Source: Podarcis liolepis (Eukaryota). From it: DNA of 64,000 nt. Under the pieces are notes generated by a model. It did not search any database. It had not been told where the DNA came from and saw only the letters and a list, made by a program, of their open reading frames with translations. Positions 61,725 through 64,000 of this stretch are shown here, piece by piece; positions within the stretch are counted from its first letter, which is position 1; every line of letters starts with the position of its first letter. The position numbers were made by a program, and so were the translations under genes. The stretch lies in assembly GCA_965112155.1 (NCBI GenBank), contig OZ218098.1. One strand, given 5' to 3'.

Positions 61725-62824
61725 AGGCCTTGCACACCTTTTTTTTTAATTTGGCATTTGCTTCATTTGTTATATATACATATTTAAAATATGTACAAAG
61801 TAAAAATACAAAATAGACAATGTTTTTTTATAAGTTACACAGTTAGAAGCTAAGCTTCTCTTTGAGTTAACCCCCCCAAAAGAAAAATCACACCCCCCCA
61901 AAAAAAAGACAACCCAGACAAAATATAATATTCTTCCATCTGCATACTTGCAATTGCCTTGGTATAAAATATCCATACAGTGTAAGAGTACAAAATAGTG
62001 TACAGATCATAGAAGCTGTGCAAAGACAGCAAAGTTCAGTCAACAATCAAAGAGGCAGGTCCAGTTCCCTGCATCCACACATTGCACCTGCATCAGTCAC
62101 AAAACAAGGAGATGGCCAAAGAGCTGGGGACAAATGTGGAAATGGTATGAAGCAGACAGATGCATAAATTAACACAGAAATGTTCAACACTGGAACCAAG
62201 CCAGGGGCCATGGTTCTTGTGGGTGCACATGGATGGTTTCAGGGGCAGCTCCAGTTCACATGCCCGCACTCAGTAAGTGTGCTCTCTGGAATAGCAACCC
62301 ACCAGACCACCCCAATTCACACTGGCTGCATTTTAGAGCTCAGCATGCGAGGCTGGTCTCAAATCATTAACAACCACTTGGATTTTGCAGCATCGCATCA
62401 GCATCACAACAGATTAGGGCTTATGGGGAAAAGATTGCTGTTATTTTCAGAGAAATTAACACATCCTGGAATTAGCTAAGCGAATCACAACTGAATTAGG
62501 CTAGTTATTCTGCTTCTAAATCAACATGATCTTAATACCAAAGGGGTGTGTATGTTTTAATGGCTTTCTGGTCTATAGTTTTCAATTGAAAAGTGCAAGG
62601 CTGGCTGATTAGTCAGTGATCACAACAGGAGGATATTGAGGCAAGGGGTTCCTAATCAGGGTAGTTCTGGAATATATCATACAGAAACCCCAAGGTTGCA
62701 TGACGATCGGTACATTGTCTGTTTGAACCATGTGGGTGTGGAAGGACACCACCTCTTCAATTAGATAGCCCTTAGTTTATTTACATCTTTGCAATGTCCC
62801 CTTTCATGATAGCAAGAAGGGTCT
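61725..62824 (-). other. DBX1: Inferred DBX1 3' UTR (end approximate)
   Basis: Downstream of the TAG; ATTAAA on - strand at 61745-61750; two TGTAHATA elements just before it. Confidence 0.55.
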
Positions 62825-63199
62825 CTATGAGACCGTGATCTCTTCTTCATCCTCCTCCCCCTCTTCATCCTCTTCCTCAGAGTCTGAGAAGTCTGACGGT
62901 TTGCTGGGGCTGCTGGAATGGGTGGGGGAAGGGAGCATGTGGGAGTCCAACCTGTCTCTCAGGCGTGGGTCATCTGTGGACTGGTGATATGTTAAGGAAT
63001 GCCTGGGGCTGGCTGGGCACAGGGGTGAGGCTGCTTCTTCCTCCTCCTCTCCAGAACCTTTCTTGCCTACGTCACTGAGATCTGGGTGAGGGTTGAACTT
63101 GGTGGGTAAAGTCTGCTCCCGGCAGCCACCAGATGACAGCAGCTCTCTCTCTTTGGAGTTTCTCCACTTCATCCTCCTGTTTTGAAACCAGATCTTCAC
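62825..63199 (-). CDS. DBX1: DBX1 last coding exon (homeodomain helix 3 VKIWFQNRRMKWRN plus acidic tail ending EEEITVS*)
   Basis: Acceptor tag|GTG on - strand at 63200-63201; SKERELLSSGGCREQTLPTK is DBX1-specific; conserved tail-to-tail synteny with NAV2. Confidence 0.96.
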   Translation of the reverse strand: MKIWFQNRRMKWRNSKERELLSSGGCREQTLPTKFNPHPDLSDVGKKGSGEEEEEAASPLCPASPRHSLTYHQSTDDPRLRDRLDSHMLPSPTHSSSPSKPSDFSDSEEEDEEGEEDEEEITVS

Positions 63200-64000
63200 C
63201 TAGAGTTTTCAAGGGTACACGAATAAGGTTTTGCAGCATCAAGGCAACTGCTACATGACTAACACCAACCATCAAGTACACATGCAGAGACACATTTGAA
63301 GAGCAGAATCCTTACCTCTCCCCACCCCGCACAAGATCCTCAAGGGCCACTCCCTAAGTGAGCTGCACTAAGCATCAAAGATGACTCCACAAAGAAACAG
63401 TCATACAATTATTTGAAAATTACTTGGGTTGTCCAAAAACAAAATGGGTTATATCCTGTCCCAATGTGGTGGCAGTAGAAGAAGCATGCATTTGCACAAT
63501 GGGACTTTCCTTCCCTCCTCCCTGCAGCCCCTTGTGCACCCTCAAAATCTGCTCTAAAGTTTGGGGGCCTCCAAAGCAGATTTGGGGGGCATAGTGGAGA
63601 GATGCAAGGGGGTGGAGAGAAGGGAAAGTCAAGTTTCATGAGCTAATGCCTCGCTGTTGCAAGAAAGTGGGAGTTTTTGCATCTCTTTTTTAAAGTATGC
63701 ATAATGGACACTACCATTCTAAGGTGCTCCAGGTCTGCATTCAGGGCAGCAACTCAGGAAAGCTCATATATCTGGTGGCAGCCAGCACTTCCCAATTTTA
63801 CCAATTTTCAGGTTTTTCCTTGGTGAAGATCTCATCTCCCACCCTTGTGCCAGAAATGCAAGTTAATATGTTGGACTAGCCCAAGGAGACCTCATGAAAT
63901 TCTCAAAGGGGGCTGTGAAAATAAACCTGAGGGTGATGCGCATTGGGCTGCAATAAACATTTCTATTCTGTCAAGCTGCTTTGAGACCATTTTCTGGTGG

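Noticed and set aside
63123-63141. CTCF-like sequence CAGCCACCAGATGACAGCA in the DBX1 exon
   Set aside because: It mismatches a core G and is explained by coding constraint (LLSSGGC on the - strand).

Overview
Vertebrate genomic DNA, almost certainly from a squamate and probably a lacertid lizard (Sauria SINEs, BovB, CR1, squamate hAT and Tc1/mariner MITEs). The + strand carries the 3' two-thirds of NAV2 (neuron navigator 2). I traced 26 coding exons by hand from 101 to the TGA at 50188-50190, all joining in one open frame and including the AAA+ ATPase domain, followed by a 3' UTR of about 5.9 kb ending near 56095. The last coding exon of the homeobox gene DBX1 lies on the - strand (63199-62825), tail-to-tail with NAV2, which is the conserved vertebrate arrangement. 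The introns hold many TE insertions with readable target-site duplications, several of them nested. I found no prokaryote-style novel system and no unexplained long ORF. The best leads are: (1) an apparent precise intron loss in the NAV2 AAA region; (2) a 9-nt VNE microexon surrounded by SRRM4/NOVA/QKI/RBFOX-type motifs; (3) a tailless 3'-truncated U2 snRNA retrocopy with a TSD; (4) a GC-AG intron; (5) RBFOX-flanked cassette exons; (6) a divergent CTCF pair around the NAV2/DBX1 junction. All comparisons to mammalian NAV2 are from memory and need checking.
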